Shown: positions 20,201-32,200 of the stretch, piece by piece
Layout: every line of letters begins with the position of its first letter
Numbering within the stretch: the stretch's first letter is position 1
Source: an uncultured virus (IMG/VR IMGVR_UViG_3300023205_000110)
Lineage: Duplodnaviria > Heunggongvirae > Uroviricota > Caudoviricetes > Crassvirales
Strand: one strand, 5' to 3'
Length of the DNA: 64,000 nucleotides
Virus record (IMG/VR): IMGVR_UViG_3300023205_000110
Translations under genes and position numbers: made by a program
Notes under the pieces: generated by a model
Database searches by the model: none
The model's input: only the letters and a program-made list of their open reading frames with translations
What the model was told of the DNA's origin: nothing

Positions 20201-23164
20201 TAAACTACCTCCTGTAAGACCATCAATAATATTATTAACTATATCAGCAGCTTCTGTTTGTTCAAATCCAGCTTGACTAAGTTTATCAATAAAAGACTGT
20301 CTAGCATTAAGTAAATCACTACTAGTAGATTCATGTCCTAAAGAATCTTCTAAATCAGCAATACTTTCATAAACTAAATCAGTACCTATTTGACCACGTT
20401 CAAAATCATCATCTGGAAGAGTATTATTAACTTCAGATTTAGGAGTACTAATAGGTTCTTGAGAAATTGGTTGTTCAGTTTGAGATTGAGGTTGTTCAGT
20501 ATTAGTAGGCTCACTAGGAACCGCTTCGCTTCGCTCCGCTATACTCCCCGTGGAGGATGGAGATGAGTTAGTATCATCTACATCAGTTTCATTAACTTCA
20601 TTAACATCAGGATTAACAGGAGCAACTTCCTCTTTAGGAGTATTATTAACATCGTTTTCAATTTCTGCAATTTCAGCTAATTGTTCTAATGTAGTTTTAA
20701 GATGTTCATTACCTTTAGAACTTAAATCAAGTGCAGCATAAGCATCTCTAATAACTTTATCTATATTAGGTTTATTACCATTATTAGCATCTTTAATAAC
20801 AGAATTAACATAATCTTTACCATATTGTTTATAAGCATTACGTAAATCGTCCATAACTTTATTAACAATCTTTTTACGACTATTATCAAAGAAGTTATTA
20901 AGATAAGTTATACGAGATTTAATATTATCATCAGATAGATTAAGTTGATTTTTATTAACTTCAACATTAATCTCAGCATTAACAACTTCTGCTAAATCTT
21001 TAAATACTTCATTATATTGTTTTTGAAGTTGAATAGCTGATTGAACATCATTTTTATTTTCAATATCAATAGGAATATAAAGTTTATTAATAGCATCTAA
21101 TCGCTCATTTAATTGAGCAATACGTTCTTGTTTAACAGAATTATTAATTGCAGCGTTATCTTGAATAGTTTTAATATCTCTTTGAATACTATCAATAATA
21201 TGTTGATAAATACCATTCTTAGCAGAATTAATATCAACATCTTCAATATGATTATTTGTAATATCTTGATTTAAAACATCATTAGCCCAATTAAGAAGAT
21301 TATTATAATTTTCTTGACGATTACGAGCATGAACCATTTGGGTAGCTATAATACGACCAACTTCAAATCCGCCACCAAGTCTATTAACTTTATTTAAAGT
21401 AGTATTATATTCATTTTTAAGATTATTAATTTCAGTTTTAAATCTATTAATAAGTTCATTACTATCTTGTTGTTGTAATCCAAGTTTATTAGTAATACTA
21501 TCATTAAATTCTTTACTATTAATAGAACTTTCAAGAAGTCCTAAATTACCAGCGTTCATAGAATTAATAATAATATTATCCATATATTCTTTTTCAGCTA
21601 TATTACGAAGTTCTTCTTCAGTACCAGTAATAATATCTGGATTAACCTGTTGACCATTTTCATCAGTAATAGTTATAAATGGATTTTTACCATTAGCAAT
21701 ACTATTAAGTCTTTCTTGATATGCTTGAAAAGTAGCAGTACGACCAAGAATTTCGTTTTCTCTTTGTTTTTCGGCAGAAGTCCAATCTTTATCAAGACGT
21801 TTATTAATAAACTCTCCAGCTTTATTCATAACACTACTAAAAGTAACACCACCAAGAGCACCCCAAAATGCTTGTTCCCATAACATTGGGTCTTGAAGAT
21901 AATCTTTAATAGTTTGTTGAGGAATATCTTTATCAAATACTTTTTTACCATTATATAAACCATCTTGACTAGCTATATAATTAATAGCTTCTTCAACCCC
22001 TTCTGTCCATTCAGCTCTAACACCATGAAGAATATCATTACCTATATCTTTTAATGTACTAGTAATAGCTTGTTTAGTAGTTTTATTACTTAAAGCATTA
22101 GTAATTGCAGCAGCATCATCAATATTACTATTAAATGCAATATTTAAATTTCTAAGTCTGGAACTAGTTGTATTACCACTTAAAGCATTTTTCCATAAGT
22201 TCTTTAAACTATAAACTTGCCATACGTCAAAAAGAACATTAGCCCAATCTTCAGCAAAAGTAATATCAGCACTATTTTTAGCAATATCTTTAGCTACTTC
22301 TTCATCAGACATATCTTTATATTTAGGATTATTATTATAAAACTCTTCTCTTTGTTTATCATTCATATTAGCAAGTTGAGTTTTAGAATAATCTTCAATA
22401 TCATTATAAGTTTGTCTAGCTTCTTGATAATTTTCAAGATAACGAGAAGGAACTCCAATAGCAGTAGCTTCTGCTATTCTACCAGTAATGGCTCTACTCT
22501 TTTGAGTCATATTAATAGCATTAGCCATTTTATTAGCTAATTTATTAAACTTTATACCTTTACCTAATAAAGAAACACCTTTAGCAAGACCAGTACTAGG
22601 AACCATAAGAGTTAAAGAACTAGCTATACTAGGAGCATTGCTAGCCCACCAAGCAAAATCTCCAATATCAAAAGCAGCATTAGGATTTTCTCTATATATA
22701 GCTAAACGCTCATTAATAGATTCTTTTAAAGATTCAAGTTCAGAACTTATTTCAGATTGATAATCATTAGGACTATTACTAACCATATTATAGAAAGCAT
22801 CAGCTAAATCTGCAAAACCAATAGCTGTTCCAACAGTAATTTCATTACCAATTTGCCCAATCATTCTTAATCCTTGTTCCCAATTACTTTGATTAACAGC
22901 ACGTTCTTTATCAAGTTTTTCTGGGTCATCAACAGGATTAACATAAACATCATAAGGAGCATATTTATCTATATCATATTGATTAAGATTATATGATTGT
23001 CCAGCAATACGACTAAATAAATGACCACGACCCCGGTCACTAATAGAAGTGCCGGGGTTGTAATCAACTAAAGTAGGAGGCTGTATAGCCCCCTTTTTAG
23101 TTTTAGGATTATATTCAGGATTAGGTGTTTTATTACCACCTTGTAGAAACTTTAATACATCCAT
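17294..23164 (-). CDS. large ejected (cargo) protein with a C-terminal zincin-like domain
   Basis: 1956 aa; NAVY...IEL...ILHESLH (HExxH, ~17927-17947)...LEEFLVE; adjacent to the RNAP as in crAss-like phages. Confidence 0.75.
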   Translation of the reverse strand: MDVLKFLQGGNKTPNPEYNPKTKKGAIQPPTLVDYNPGTSISDRGRGHLFSRIAGQSYNLNQYDIDKYAPYDVYVNPVDDPEKLDKERAVNQSNWEQGLRMIGQIGNEITVGTAIGFADLADAFYNMVSNSPNDYQSEISSELESLKESINERLAIYRENPNAAFDIGDFAWWASNAPSIASSLTLMVPSTGLAKGVSLLGKGIKFNKLANKMANAINMTQKSRAITGRIAEATAIGVPSRYLENYQEARQTYNDIEDYSKTQLANMNDKQREEFYNNNPKYKDMSDEEVAKDIAKNSADITFAEDWANVLFDVWQVYSLKNLWKNALSGNTTSSRLRNLNIAFNSNIDDAAAITNALSNKTTKQAITSTLKDIGNDILHGVRAEWTEGVEEAINYIASQDGLYNGKKVFDKDIPQQTIKDYLQDPMLWEQAFWGALGGVTFSSVMNKAGEFINKRLDKDWTSAEKQRENEILGRTATFQAYQERLNSIANGKNPFITITDENGQQVNPDIITGTEEELRNIAEKEYMDNIIINSMNAGNLGLLESSINSKEFNDSITNKLGLQQQDSNELINRFKTEINNLKNEYNTTLNKVNRLGGGFEVGRIIATQMVHARNRQENYNNLLNWANDVLNQDITNNHIEDVDINSAKNGIYQHIIDSIQRDIKTIQDNAAINNSVKQERIAQLNERLDAINKLYIPIDIENKNDVQSAIQLQKQYNEVFKDLAEVVNAEINVEVNKNQLNLSDDNIKSRITYLNNFFDNSRKKIVNKVMDDLRNAYKQYGKDYVNSVIKDANNGNKPNIDKVIRDAYAALDLSSKGNEHLKTTLEQLAEIAEIENDVNNTPKEEVAPVNPDVNEVNETDVDDTNSSPSSTGSIAERSEAVPSEPTNTEQPQSQTEQPISQEPISTPKSEVNNTLPDDDFERGQIGTDLVYESIADLEDSLGHESTSSDLLNARQSFIDKLSQAGFEQTEAADIVNNIIDGLTGGSLYSSIQDDSTRRLLLNATYATVTGNERNIEAVMNDFANSIDSEGNTRGKIVNGKVYLSIGQLVEYIDSITGNKIIKNYLFNQIKNYLYASTNNQGKYRATDESTIKKLNARQFVQYVDGITKERLERLQVEHTNNVNLKYIVENENVKAFTSIKQGDYLEAIYNVKLKRIDIFANDTIIGYIGVPNIDKFGNYDMVNQGWKYNIHAENGQVISPFKDALISILDGDRFDEEFIGHLYELAVKEEVTNKELDTLFKEFEVKYPDIVKNFTTPVASFDLAGHLVNLTKYIFNQPYENSHEASINRWFNNLLNSYDQAITIVKGDFKGKIRAVNVKYGVLNTIDDANGEWNDVQETVVNYNEDVNKLGVVVQGQVYLNGESKPTIIENLTTNGMPVISIPSSDGTSLYAFCKQVPLNSNLLKSDVRRIINSIKNEVNNLCRDYISGKISFGELKQSLGDIFGNNKLINGDRNNGLQISINPTNIGFYVKGAHFNGKDYAFTINSDAGNYKRNIIINSPYVVNSAFKIGKSYGINASTIDELDNALRPVIDEMFNYAQFAISKDFINDSTKTNDKTNKYIYRENGKTIINIDDKTYSYNSYQDFIISNGLVRTKLANTNTNETAGNWQIDIHSKLDITYELEGRPPVEDGAIPEQLSEFMLDDTLNAINFNAFESAITAKNLTRGLKKYFANDQTAIDYINALQKIGILPKNIQVVDSITNNNGNQVNAVYHRDTDTIELNSSAIAGQRVYRVVNIILHESLHRQLYTKYNTEQALALVKPIYDKFKAWLDTQDDATKERLKPYLFENFNTSEALEEFLVESITSNALMTALNEIKYDNRKVNKRKTLFSRLLEVIADMLGIKINEDSLLAAARDAYKAIKKMPKESNQEAIQGTFQFEEETASTEQTENPNEDNSQDYNYNNDNLNDGLDMFSSVDDDIVSNMAELTSRLPIAQQSKFATLLDTGRISFSCM

Positions 23165-23165
23165 A

Positions 23166-25739
23166 TTAATATAGATTATTAGTTAATTCATCATAGTAAT
23201 ATTGAATAACATAAGGGTCTGAACTTCCACTAAGTTGAGCAAGTTTAGTAGCAACATTTTGTTGAATAGCTTTAAGAGCATTTTCATCTACTGTCATGCC
23301 AGCTTTAACAGCAGTTATAGTTTGTTCCCATTGAGATAAATTATCTACAATATCAACAGCATTTTCTTTACTTACTAAACCAATAGTTTGATTATTAGTA
23401 GAATTAATTAAATTAAAACCTTCACCATTTGGTACTAATTTAAATTTATCAATTCCAGTAAATGCAGTATTATTAGTAAGAGAAATAGGTCTATTAGCAT
23501 TATAGTAATTTTCTACTTTACCAGCAGCTCTCCAACTAGTATCTTGATTCCAAGATTGAATAATAGAACTATCAATAGCACCACTACCTACAAGTAAAGT
23601 AATAGGTTCTCTTTTAAGTTTACCTTCTGTATCATAGTAACCTGCAATATTAATTTGAATTCCAACATCCCCAGTTTTTGGGTCACGAATAATAGTAGGA
23701 GTAATTTCATTTTCTTTAGCACTTCTAAGATAAGCTGTATAAGCTTTTCTATCTTCAGAAGACATAGGCTCAAATATTCCATTTTCACTAGTAATATAAG
23801 ATTCTCCTTGAGTTAAATCAATACCAGCTTTAATAGCAGACATAGCTTGTTCTTCTAATTGTTTCTTTTGAGCAGAATATTTACTAGCAGCTTCTGGATT
23901 AGAACTCATAACAAAATTAAGTTCAGCAAGTTCAGGAGTCATTGCAGATATACCAATAGTAGAAGAAGTTATTTGACCACCATCAAGAACAGCATCATTT
24001 TTAGATTTAAGAGAATCAACATAATCAATTAAACCAATATAAGGTTCTTTATTACCTGTTGGTAATCCAGCATGATGTTCTTCACCATTAGAATCAACTC
24101 TAACAAATTTATCACCATAACCAAAGAATCTAGTCTTAGCAGAATTAAGAAAAGCATTTAAAGGATTTCTAGTATCTTCAGCTTCTTTAACAGCTTTACC
24201 AAAACTATAAATAGATTTATGATAATCTTTAGGTAATTCAGCATATCTATAACCATTACCATCAGAACCAAATCTTACTCCAAGACTAGCAGCTTTTTTC
24301 TCTCCACCAATAGCATTAATAAATGAATTATAAACATCATCATTATTAAAATATTGTCTAATAGCAGAACTATCTCCAAATATTTGATTAACATATTTAC
24401 TATATCTATCTGAATATTTATTACTAGGTAAATCACTTAAACTAATAATAGAATTATATGTATCAAATCCATCAATACTATCTTGCGATTTACCAACTTT
24501 AAGACTATTAATATATTCTTGATTATCAATAATATCATTAAGATAACTTAAAGCATAGGCTCTATCAGATGGATTAGTAATATTAGTCATGATACTAGTT
24601 CTAATATCATCTGGATTAGCAGTGCTTAAATTAATATTAATATCAGGATTATATTTACTAAGCAATCCAGCTATTGATTGTCTATTACTAGTAATTTCAG
24701 CTTGAGCTTGAGCAGGCATAAAATTATCAATACGAACAGGAGTACCTTTATAAGTCAAATTATCAATAGCTTGTTTTCTTTGAGCACTACTTCCAGAACC
24801 AGCTTGTTTAGCTAAAGCTAATTGAGCTTTCCATGCTTCACCATAAGTAGTATTACTACTTTGATTATAAAAAGTTGCAGCATTATAGAAAGGGTCAATA
24901 CGTTTAGCAAGATACTGTTCAGGAGTAAGCAGAATACCATTTTTATCTGTTATATCAGGATTACTACCATTTTGGTCATATTTCCATTTAGCAATCTTAT
25001 AATCTTGTTCAAGACTAGCTTTAGCGCCAGGAGTATTTTCAATAACAGCTTTAACAGCTTCAGCAAGTTTAGCTTTACTTAATATTTGCCAATCACCTTT
25101 AGTATGAGAATAAATCTCTCCTGTAACAGATTTAGTAATATCATCAGTAACTTTACCGTTAGCATCAAGCCATCTTGTTTGACTACCACCGCCTTGTTCT
25201 TTAGCAGCCCATTGAAGTGCTTGATTAAGTATCTGATTCATAGGAATTTCAGAAACTTCTTTATCAATAGGAGTCCATTTACTTCCACCAATAACATTAC
25301 CATTCTTATCAGTTATATCTTGATAATTATATTTATTAACAGCACGATAATAATTCTTATAATCTTCCGATAAATCAGTACGTTTATCAAGATTATCCAT
25401 ATATGCTTTATAATCTTGTTGAGCACGTAAACGACCAATCATTCCGGGACTTGAAGTTATATCTCCATAAGTTCCAACTATATCATCAAGACTAGAATAC
25501 GCATTACCATATTGCATATTTTCGGTAAGAGCATTACGAACTTTATTAAGTTGTTCTTGACGCCAAGCATCTTCAGCTTCATTTAAATCTAATTGAGCAA
25601 GTTGAGCATCAATTTGAGATTTAGTTTGAATAGCTTGTTGATGACCTTGTTCAAGAGTATTATAAGTTCTAGCTAAGACATTTAAGTCAATAGGATTAAC
25701 TTGTTGTCTAAAAGTAGGAGTATAAAAGTTTATCGGCAT
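23166..25739 (-). CDS. virion cargo/ejection protein
   Basis: 857-aa ORF within the cargo cluster; function from synteny only. Confidence 0.55.
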   Translation of the reverse strand: MPINFYTPTFRQQVNPIDLNVLARTYNTLEQGHQQAIQTKSQIDAQLAQLDLNEAEDAWRQEQLNKVRNALTENMQYGNAYSSLDDIVGTYGDITSSPGMIGRLRAQQDYKAYMDNLDKRTDLSEDYKNYYRAVNKYNYQDITDKNGNVIGGSKWTPIDKEVSEIPMNQILNQALQWAAKEQGGGSQTRWLDANGKVTDDITKSVTGEIYSHTKGDWQILSKAKLAEAVKAVIENTPGAKASLEQDYKIAKWKYDQNGSNPDITDKNGILLTPEQYLAKRIDPFYNAATFYNQSSNTTYGEAWKAQLALAKQAGSGSSAQRKQAIDNLTYKGTPVRIDNFMPAQAQAEITSNRQSIAGLLSKYNPDININLSTANPDDIRTSIMTNITNPSDRAYALSYLNDIIDNQEYINSLKVGKSQDSIDGFDTYNSIISLSDLPSNKYSDRYSKYVNQIFGDSSAIRQYFNNDDVYNSFINAIGGEKKAASLGVRFGSDGNGYRYAELPKDYHKSIYSFGKAVKEAEDTRNPLNAFLNSAKTRFFGYGDKFVRVDSNGEEHHAGLPTGNKEPYIGLIDYVDSLKSKNDAVLDGGQITSSTIGISAMTPELAELNFVMSSNPEAASKYSAQKKQLEEQAMSAIKAGIDLTQGESYITSENGIFEPMSSEDRKAYTAYLRSAKENEITPTIIRDPKTGDVGIQINIAGYYDTEGKLKREPITLLVGSGAIDSSIIQSWNQDTSWRAAGKVENYYNANRPISLTNNTAFTGIDKFKLVPNGEGFNLINSTNNQTIGLVSKENAVDIVDNLSQWEQTITAVKAGMTVDENALKAIQQNVATKLAQLSGSSDPYVIQYYYDELTNNLY

Positions 25740-28303
25740 GATTGTTTTCCTCCAAGTTTTCTACGTTTACGAATAATAAATTCATCATAATCAACTCCAG
25801 CATCCCGCATAATTCTATCATCTACATTAGGAGCAGATGCTCTCATCGCACCAATAGTATTATTTAAAGCTTTACGATTTTCATATCTACTAATCATATC
25901 TTGAATACCAGCATTAATTCCACTAAATAAATTATTAATATTAGTTACTTTAGCTTCTCTAATACCATTATCAAATGCTGCTTTTCTATCTATATATTGA
26001 TTGTATTGTTGAGCATTAAATTGACGAACACTTTGTTGATTACGTCTATCTTGATTAATAAGATTAGTTTCTATATTTTCTTTATTACCATAAAGTTCAT
26101 TAGCAGCTTGGCCAGCAGCATTACGAACTCGTTGTTTACGAGCTAAACTTACACGACTACTAGCAGTATTAGAATCAATATCACGATAAGCCTCAAATTT
26201 ATCTTCTCTAATTCTATCAAGTTGAGGATTAATATTATATTTAGTTTTAAGTTTATTAGCACTAATAAGAGTAGGTTGACCTGGGCCTCTCATTTTATTA
26301 ATAGCTCTTCTACTAGCAAAATAGCTAGCTAAACTACCAGCTACATTACTGCCTAGTCCAATCCAATCAGCAGTAGTAAGATTTTTAAATTTACCTTGAC
26401 CTTTACCATCAAAAGATGTAGTTCCTTTAGCAGGAATATTAGTAGAAACAGGTAAAGTAGTAGGAATACTAGCTTCTACTTTAGGTAGATTACGATTATA
26501 AACAGTAATAGGAGGTGTTTTAGTAGGAATAGATTGAGTTGATTGACTTGACTTACTTCGTCCTCTACGGGGGGTCTTCCCGTTAGATTTAGTTTCAGAT
26601 AAACTTGGAATATTAGTATTATTTGTACTAATACCTTTGTTATTTCCATGACTCCAACCAGCTCTAACTAAACCACTAGTAATACCAGCACCATCTTCAA
26701 ATAAAGGAAGTCTGCGTTCTGCATAATATTGAGGACGACGATTACCATTATCAATATTAGATTTATTAGTATTAGTATTTGCATTATTATTTTTAGACCA
26801 TCTTCCATTTCTAAAAGTATAATCACTGCCAACAATAGTTTCACCTCTAGCAGATTTATTAATAGGATAAGCAGAAGTTCTATTAATAGTTCTATTAGTT
26901 ATAGGAACATAAGCTCCAATTTTTTCATCATATTCCCAAGTTCTTCCATGACGATTAATACGTTTTCCGCCAACAGCAAATTTATCGCGTAGACCCCCCG
27001 TAGAGGATTGAGAATGAATTAATCCATTCTTAACATTACCATTAATACTAACAACTAATCCAACATTACCTTTCTTTCTAAGTTCTGGATATTTATTATA
27101 AACTTTAGCTTTAACATCATTTCTACCATGTAATCCAGCTAATCTTAAAGCATCAACAGCATCTGCTTTTGTAGGAATAGGATAACTTCTATGTCCACCA
27201 GCAAAATCTTTTTTAGCTACACTAGGATAAGGTTTCTTTTTAGAACCATAGTCTTTATCTCTACTTAATCCACCCATAGCTTTTTTATTTTCATTTATAT
27301 TATTTTTATTTATATAATCAATAGTTCTAGGAAGATTACTACCATGTTTACCAATAGTTGTTCTATAAACTTCTTTAATTCCTTGATTAATCCAAGTATT
27401 ATCAATTTTATTAGCTAAATCATAAATCTTTTGTCTACCTAAATTAATAAAATTAGTAGCAGTTCTACCTATTCTAGAAGCTTTAGTTAGACCTTTAATA
27501 AATTTATAATTTCTATTACCAGCTATTGTAGGATAACCACCAATAATTATCGAACCACTTTCAGCGATTTGTCTTTTATATTCATCAGGTGCTTGATAAA
27601 TTTTACCACCTTCTTTATATTTAGTTCCATCATCATTAATTCTATTTCTATCTTTAAAATCTTCTTGAGCTTTAAATACTTTATTAGGATTAGCTCCACC
27701 CATAACTAATTTAGCAGGACTAGCACCATTAAGTATAGGCTGTGCAGAATAAACTTTAAGTTCATTACCATTAGTTTCAACTACTTCACCATCTTCTACT
27801 TCAATACCAGTTTTATCACTAGGACCAATATCAATACCACCTTGACTATGTTTTCTTCCATTCATATAAAAGAAATTATTACCAAGAGGTTGAGCAATAC
27901 CACCAGCAACTACATTTGGTACTTTACCACCAACAGCATATTGCTTTTGAGGAAGATTTTTTCCATTACTTCTAGGAGTTTGAATAATATTAAATGGAAA
28001 TGTTGGTCCAAGTTCATCATCACTAGGAAAAGATTCTTTATTAAAATCTTTAACATAATTAATAAGTCTACCAGCAGTATTATTCATTAATTTTTCTCTA
28101 TTATCTTTAGATACTAAATTGTTTACACCATTATAGAGAAATTCATTACCAAGTCTTATTAAACCAGTAGATTTAGCAACTTTATCATAAGCTCCACCAA
28201 GTGGAGGAATACCATTTTGAATAAATCTTCCATTACGAGTAACATTACCTCTAAATGTACTAGGTAAATTACTTATATGAATAACTTTATCTTTTCTAGG
28301 CAT
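25730..28303 (-). CDS. virion cargo protein with a low-complexity middle and C-terminal TM/coiled coil
   Basis: 857 aa; GRKHSQGGIDI/EVEDGE motif, repeated [YFK]xxGG motifs, hydrophobic WIGLGSNVAGSLASYF. Confidence 0.6.
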   Translation of the reverse strand: MPRKDKVIHISNLPSTFRGNVTRNGRFIQNGIPPLGGAYDKVAKSTGLIRLGNEFLYNGVNNLVSKDNREKLMNNTAGRLINYVKDFNKESFPSDDELGPTFPFNIIQTPRSNGKNLPQKQYAVGGKVPNVVAGGIAQPLGNNFFYMNGRKHSQGGIDIGPSDKTGIEVEDGEVVETNGNELKVYSAQPILNGASPAKLVMGGANPNKVFKAQEDFKDRNRINDDGTKYKEGGKIYQAPDEYKRQIAESGSIIIGGYPTIAGNRNYKFIKGLTKASRIGRTATNFINLGRQKIYDLANKIDNTWINQGIKEVYRTTIGKHGSNLPRTIDYINKNNINENKKAMGGLSRDKDYGSKKKPYPSVAKKDFAGGHRSYPIPTKADAVDALRLAGLHGRNDVKAKVYNKYPELRKKGNVGLVVSINGNVKNGLIHSQSSTGGLRDKFAVGGKRINRHGRTWEYDEKIGAYVPITNRTINRTSAYPINKSARGETIVGSDYTFRNGRWSKNNNANTNTNKSNIDNGNRRPQYYAERRLPLFEDGAGITSGLVRAGWSHGNNKGISTNNTNIPSLSETKSNGKTPRRGRSKSSQSTQSIPTKTPPITVYNRNLPKVEASIPTTLPVSTNIPAKGTTSFDGKGQGKFKNLTTADWIGLGSNVAGSLASYFASRRAINKMRGPGQPTLISANKLKTKYNINPQLDRIREDKFEAYRDIDSNTASSRVSLARKQRVRNAAGQAANELYGNKENIETNLINQDRRNQQSVRQFNAQQYNQYIDRKAAFDNGIREAKVTNINNLFSGINAGIQDMISRYENRKALNNTIGAMRASAPNVDDRIMRDAGVDYDEFIIRKRRKLGGKQSCR

Positions 28304-28423
28304 TTTATATAATATAATGAGAAATTGTAATTTGATTGATTTTAAGGCTCTCTGCTGAACGATAGCCTATCAGTCGATTAATAGTTCATACCTATATATA
28401 ATAATTCAACAGAGAGCAAAAGA

Positions 28424-29218
28424 CTAGCGTCTATGACCGCCACAGCGATATACATTTAGCCTATCTCGATATACTGATTGAGGCATAACAGGTTGTTGAA
28501 CAGTACCATTAGTAATCCATTCAGGACGTTCAAGACCAGTTTTAGGAGCACTATAACTAGCTTGGTCAGCTTGTTTAACTTGAATTGGTTGTTTTCCTTT
28601 ACTTCCAAACATACCACCAATTAAACTTCCAGCAGCACCAATAGCAGCACCAATCCATGCTTTTCTACGTCCGCCACATTTATATTTATTAATAAAACTA
28701 GAACGTTGATACATAGTCATTGGATTAGTCATTTTATCAGAAGTAATATTAAGTTGCTGTTGACCAGCTTGAAGTTGTTTACGTTGCTCAGCTTCTTGAG
28801 CAATACGTTTATTTTCATTAATTTGTTGATTAGCAGAAATACCTTGACCTATTGCAGTACCTAATTCACCAAGTCCTTGAACTCCTGTAATAGAACTAGC
28901 AAGACTACCTAAACCGGGAAGAGCATCAGCAAATTCAGTACCGAAACCAGCTTTACGTCGAACTCTACCGCCACATTTAAGAGTAAGCTTATCATTATAT
29001 TGGCCAACATAATCTTGATTAGCATAAGCACTAGTTAAAGCTTGAGCATTTTGTAAAGCATCTTTATGGTCTTGTGCAGCTTGAGCTTCAGCTTGGGCTT
29101 TTTCTTGAGCTTTCTTTTGTTTATTACCTTTAATTATACCACCAGCAATACTAGCAGCTGCACCAATAATAGCACCAATAAAAGCTTTTTGTCTTTGTCT
29201 ATCTCTATACTGTATCAT
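28424..29218 (-). CDS. small cargo/pilot-like protein with Gly/Ala-rich TM repeats
   Basis: Repeats KA(F/W)IGAxIGAA and xCGG(R/H). Confidence 0.55.
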   Translation of the reverse strand: MIQYRDRQRQKAFIGAIIGAAASIAGGIIKGNKQKKAQEKAQAEAQAAQDHKDALQNAQALTSAYANQDYVGQYNDKLTLKCGGRVRRKAGFGTEFADALPGLGSLASSITGVQGLGELGTAIGQGISANQQINENKRIAQEAEQRKQLQAGQQQLNITSDKMTNPMTMYQRSSFINKYKCGGRRKAWIGAAIGAAGSLIGGMFGSKGKQPIQVKQADQASYSAPKTGLERPEWITNGTVQQPVMPQSVYRDRLNVYRCGGHRR

Positions 29219-32200
29219 AATTTTCTAAATTGAGTTTGAGCACATTCAAGACTTTCAAATTCAATGCGCTTATTATCTGAATTATTAAATATGAAACGAA
29301 CTACAAAATAATTACCATATACTCTACGAAGTTTATCACTTACTGTATTAGGATGTTCTTTAATCGCATTACGGAAATAATTAAAGTTATATTGAGTAAG
29401 TTCATACCAAGGTTTTTTATACTTATTAAACTCATTAAGTTTATCAATATTAATATCTATATCATCAGTATCATTATCTTCATTAAATATACGAAGTATA
29501 TCTCCAGCATAAGGATGTTCTCTTAAATCAACAGGATTATTAATATTATCACTATAAATAGGAATATATATCTTATGTACTTTATATTTAATAAATTCAA
29601 GAAATTTAATAAGTTCATAAGATTCATTAACCATAATATCAATATAACTATTATGAACTAATATAGGCTCATCACCAACTTCTTGTTTAGATACTAGATA
29701 TAGACTTCTACTATCATCACCCATGTGAGTATTAAATCTACCATAATTATATTCATGAGTAAATACATGAAGAGGGCAGTTAAGTCTATCATCGTTATGT
29801 TCAGTTTGAAAATAACATTTAGTTTTAGTAGACCAAGCATTATTAAAATAATAATCATGTAAACTAATAAAACTACCTATTTTATAATTAAAACTAATAA
29901 CTTCATTATGTGATTCTATAATAGATTCTTTAGTATTAGGATTAATATTATCATAAGTATAATCAAATTTAATTAAAATACGATTATTAAATTTATTATG
30001 AGCAAATCTAACTTTATTAGGATGATATTTATCTAGCCATAATTTAATATCTTCATCCATTATTTTAAGTTGACCATCATCAAATTGATAAAGTTTATGA
30101 AAATCATCATTATAAAAAATATAACCAAATTCTCCAACTGTATATGCTAAATCATCTTGCAGTCCACCATAACCTTTATCACTAGTAAAGACTTCTTTAT
30201 AATCAACTTCAAAAGCATCAGGTTGATATAATTGAACATTTTCATCTCTAGTTTTAAGTGCAGCACTTATATCAAACATAAACATACTATGTTGAGTATG
30301 AACTAAAAGATAATATCCAATTCCAACTAAATTAGTTATACTTCCTTTATTTTCAGTAATATTTTTATAACCTTCAATAGGAAATATTCGCCAAGCGTTA
30401 ACTTCACTTTCATCTTGAATAACATTACTACGTCTTATAGTTTTATCAAAACGAGTAATATTAATAATATCATTACGATATTGAGTTAACAGTTTAGGAA
30501 CATATTGGTCAACATTTCCAATAGGGTCTTTAAATAAATCAACACTATTCTTAGGTTCTACAAATGTACCAAAAGCAACACTTTTCTTGTCAGTATCTTC
30601 TTTAATACTAAAAGCTATCTTACTAGGTTCATTATTAAAACGTTTACTTTCAAAGAACTTATCACTATATAAAGGAAATTGAATATAAACATTGAATGGA
30701 ATATCAAACCAACATGGTTCATCACCACTATAATAATATTGATTATTAGTAGGAGTATATAATTTATAATTACCTTCGTTCATTATAACTCCATTATCAT
30801 TATAAATAAGAACACCATCATAAGTCATTCTACCATTATATCCATGTTCAATAGAATAAGTTCCACCATTATAGCAAACGTCATTAAGTCTTACAAGTTC
30901 TTTTTCTTTGCTAGTATAAATATTTTTAGTACAATTAAGAACTGTTGCGAGAAACATAGTTTCAGCATCAAGTAGCAATTCCTTATAATCATCCATTTCA
31001 AGAGCAGTTCCTTTTCCTGCTCTACTATCAGTAACACTATCAGCAACTACTAATTTATAATTATTAATAGGTTTATATTCATTTCTACTAATTACACCTA
31101 TAACTGGCATATTATAACTATAAGGATAGGTAGTATTAACTACCATATCAACTACATCATGTTTCTCTTTATAAGGTTCAAATTTACATTTACCATCAAT
31201 ACGAATAATATTAAAATCATATTTAATACTATCATCAATATCAAATCGACCACTATATAGATAACATTTATCACTAGTAAAATTATTAGCTACAAAACCA
31301 GGTTTAGTACCCCAACTACCATCTTGCCAAGTAACATTACTAGCTATATTACAATAATCTTTTCTAGTTAGTAATCCAGTATATCTAGTAATAGGTTCAA
31401 CTTTTTCATAACTAATAAACCATCCAACATAACCTAATTCTTTAATTTGATTCCATAAAGTAGTATCAATATTAGCACGAATATAAAACTTATTAAAAGT
31501 ATTATTCATATTATATATAAAACCTCTAGTATGTTCATCACCAATAGCTTCAGCATCAAATATTAAATCAGGTATTCTAAATAGTTCATCACTATTAATA
31601 TTTTCGTAATAACCAAATTTAGCTTCATTATCAACACCAATAGCACCTATTACTTGATTACTACAAGGAGTATAACTACCACTATTTATAACTTGATAAA
31701 CATATAAATCATTATATTTATCTTTATCTTGATAATCAATAAAGTAATTAGATATAAGAGTATATAGTTCATCTTTATTAGTAGCTTCAAGTTCACCAGA
31801 ACTATTAAGTAATATATTAGTAGTAGGATTATTTATTGGTTCAGCAGTATAAACTACAATTTTATGATTAGCAATATATCTTTTAATATTAGAACTAATA
31901 GTAGATATTGGAATATCTCCACTAATAACTGCCCAATATGGAATATTACCATTACCTTGATTGTTCCAATTAAAAGTAATTATAGTACAATGAGAACCAT
32001 CATTAACAATATTATTTATATACTTATCTTTATTTGACAATTTATATCCTCTACTAGCATCACCATATTTATCAACAAAATGAATAAAAAAGTTATATAC
32101 TTCTCCAGGAATAAGAGTATCATTCTTTTTACGTTCATTAAAATCATAACTAGGTTCAATAGTAGAATGAGCAATTCTCATTTTACAATTATCAATATCA

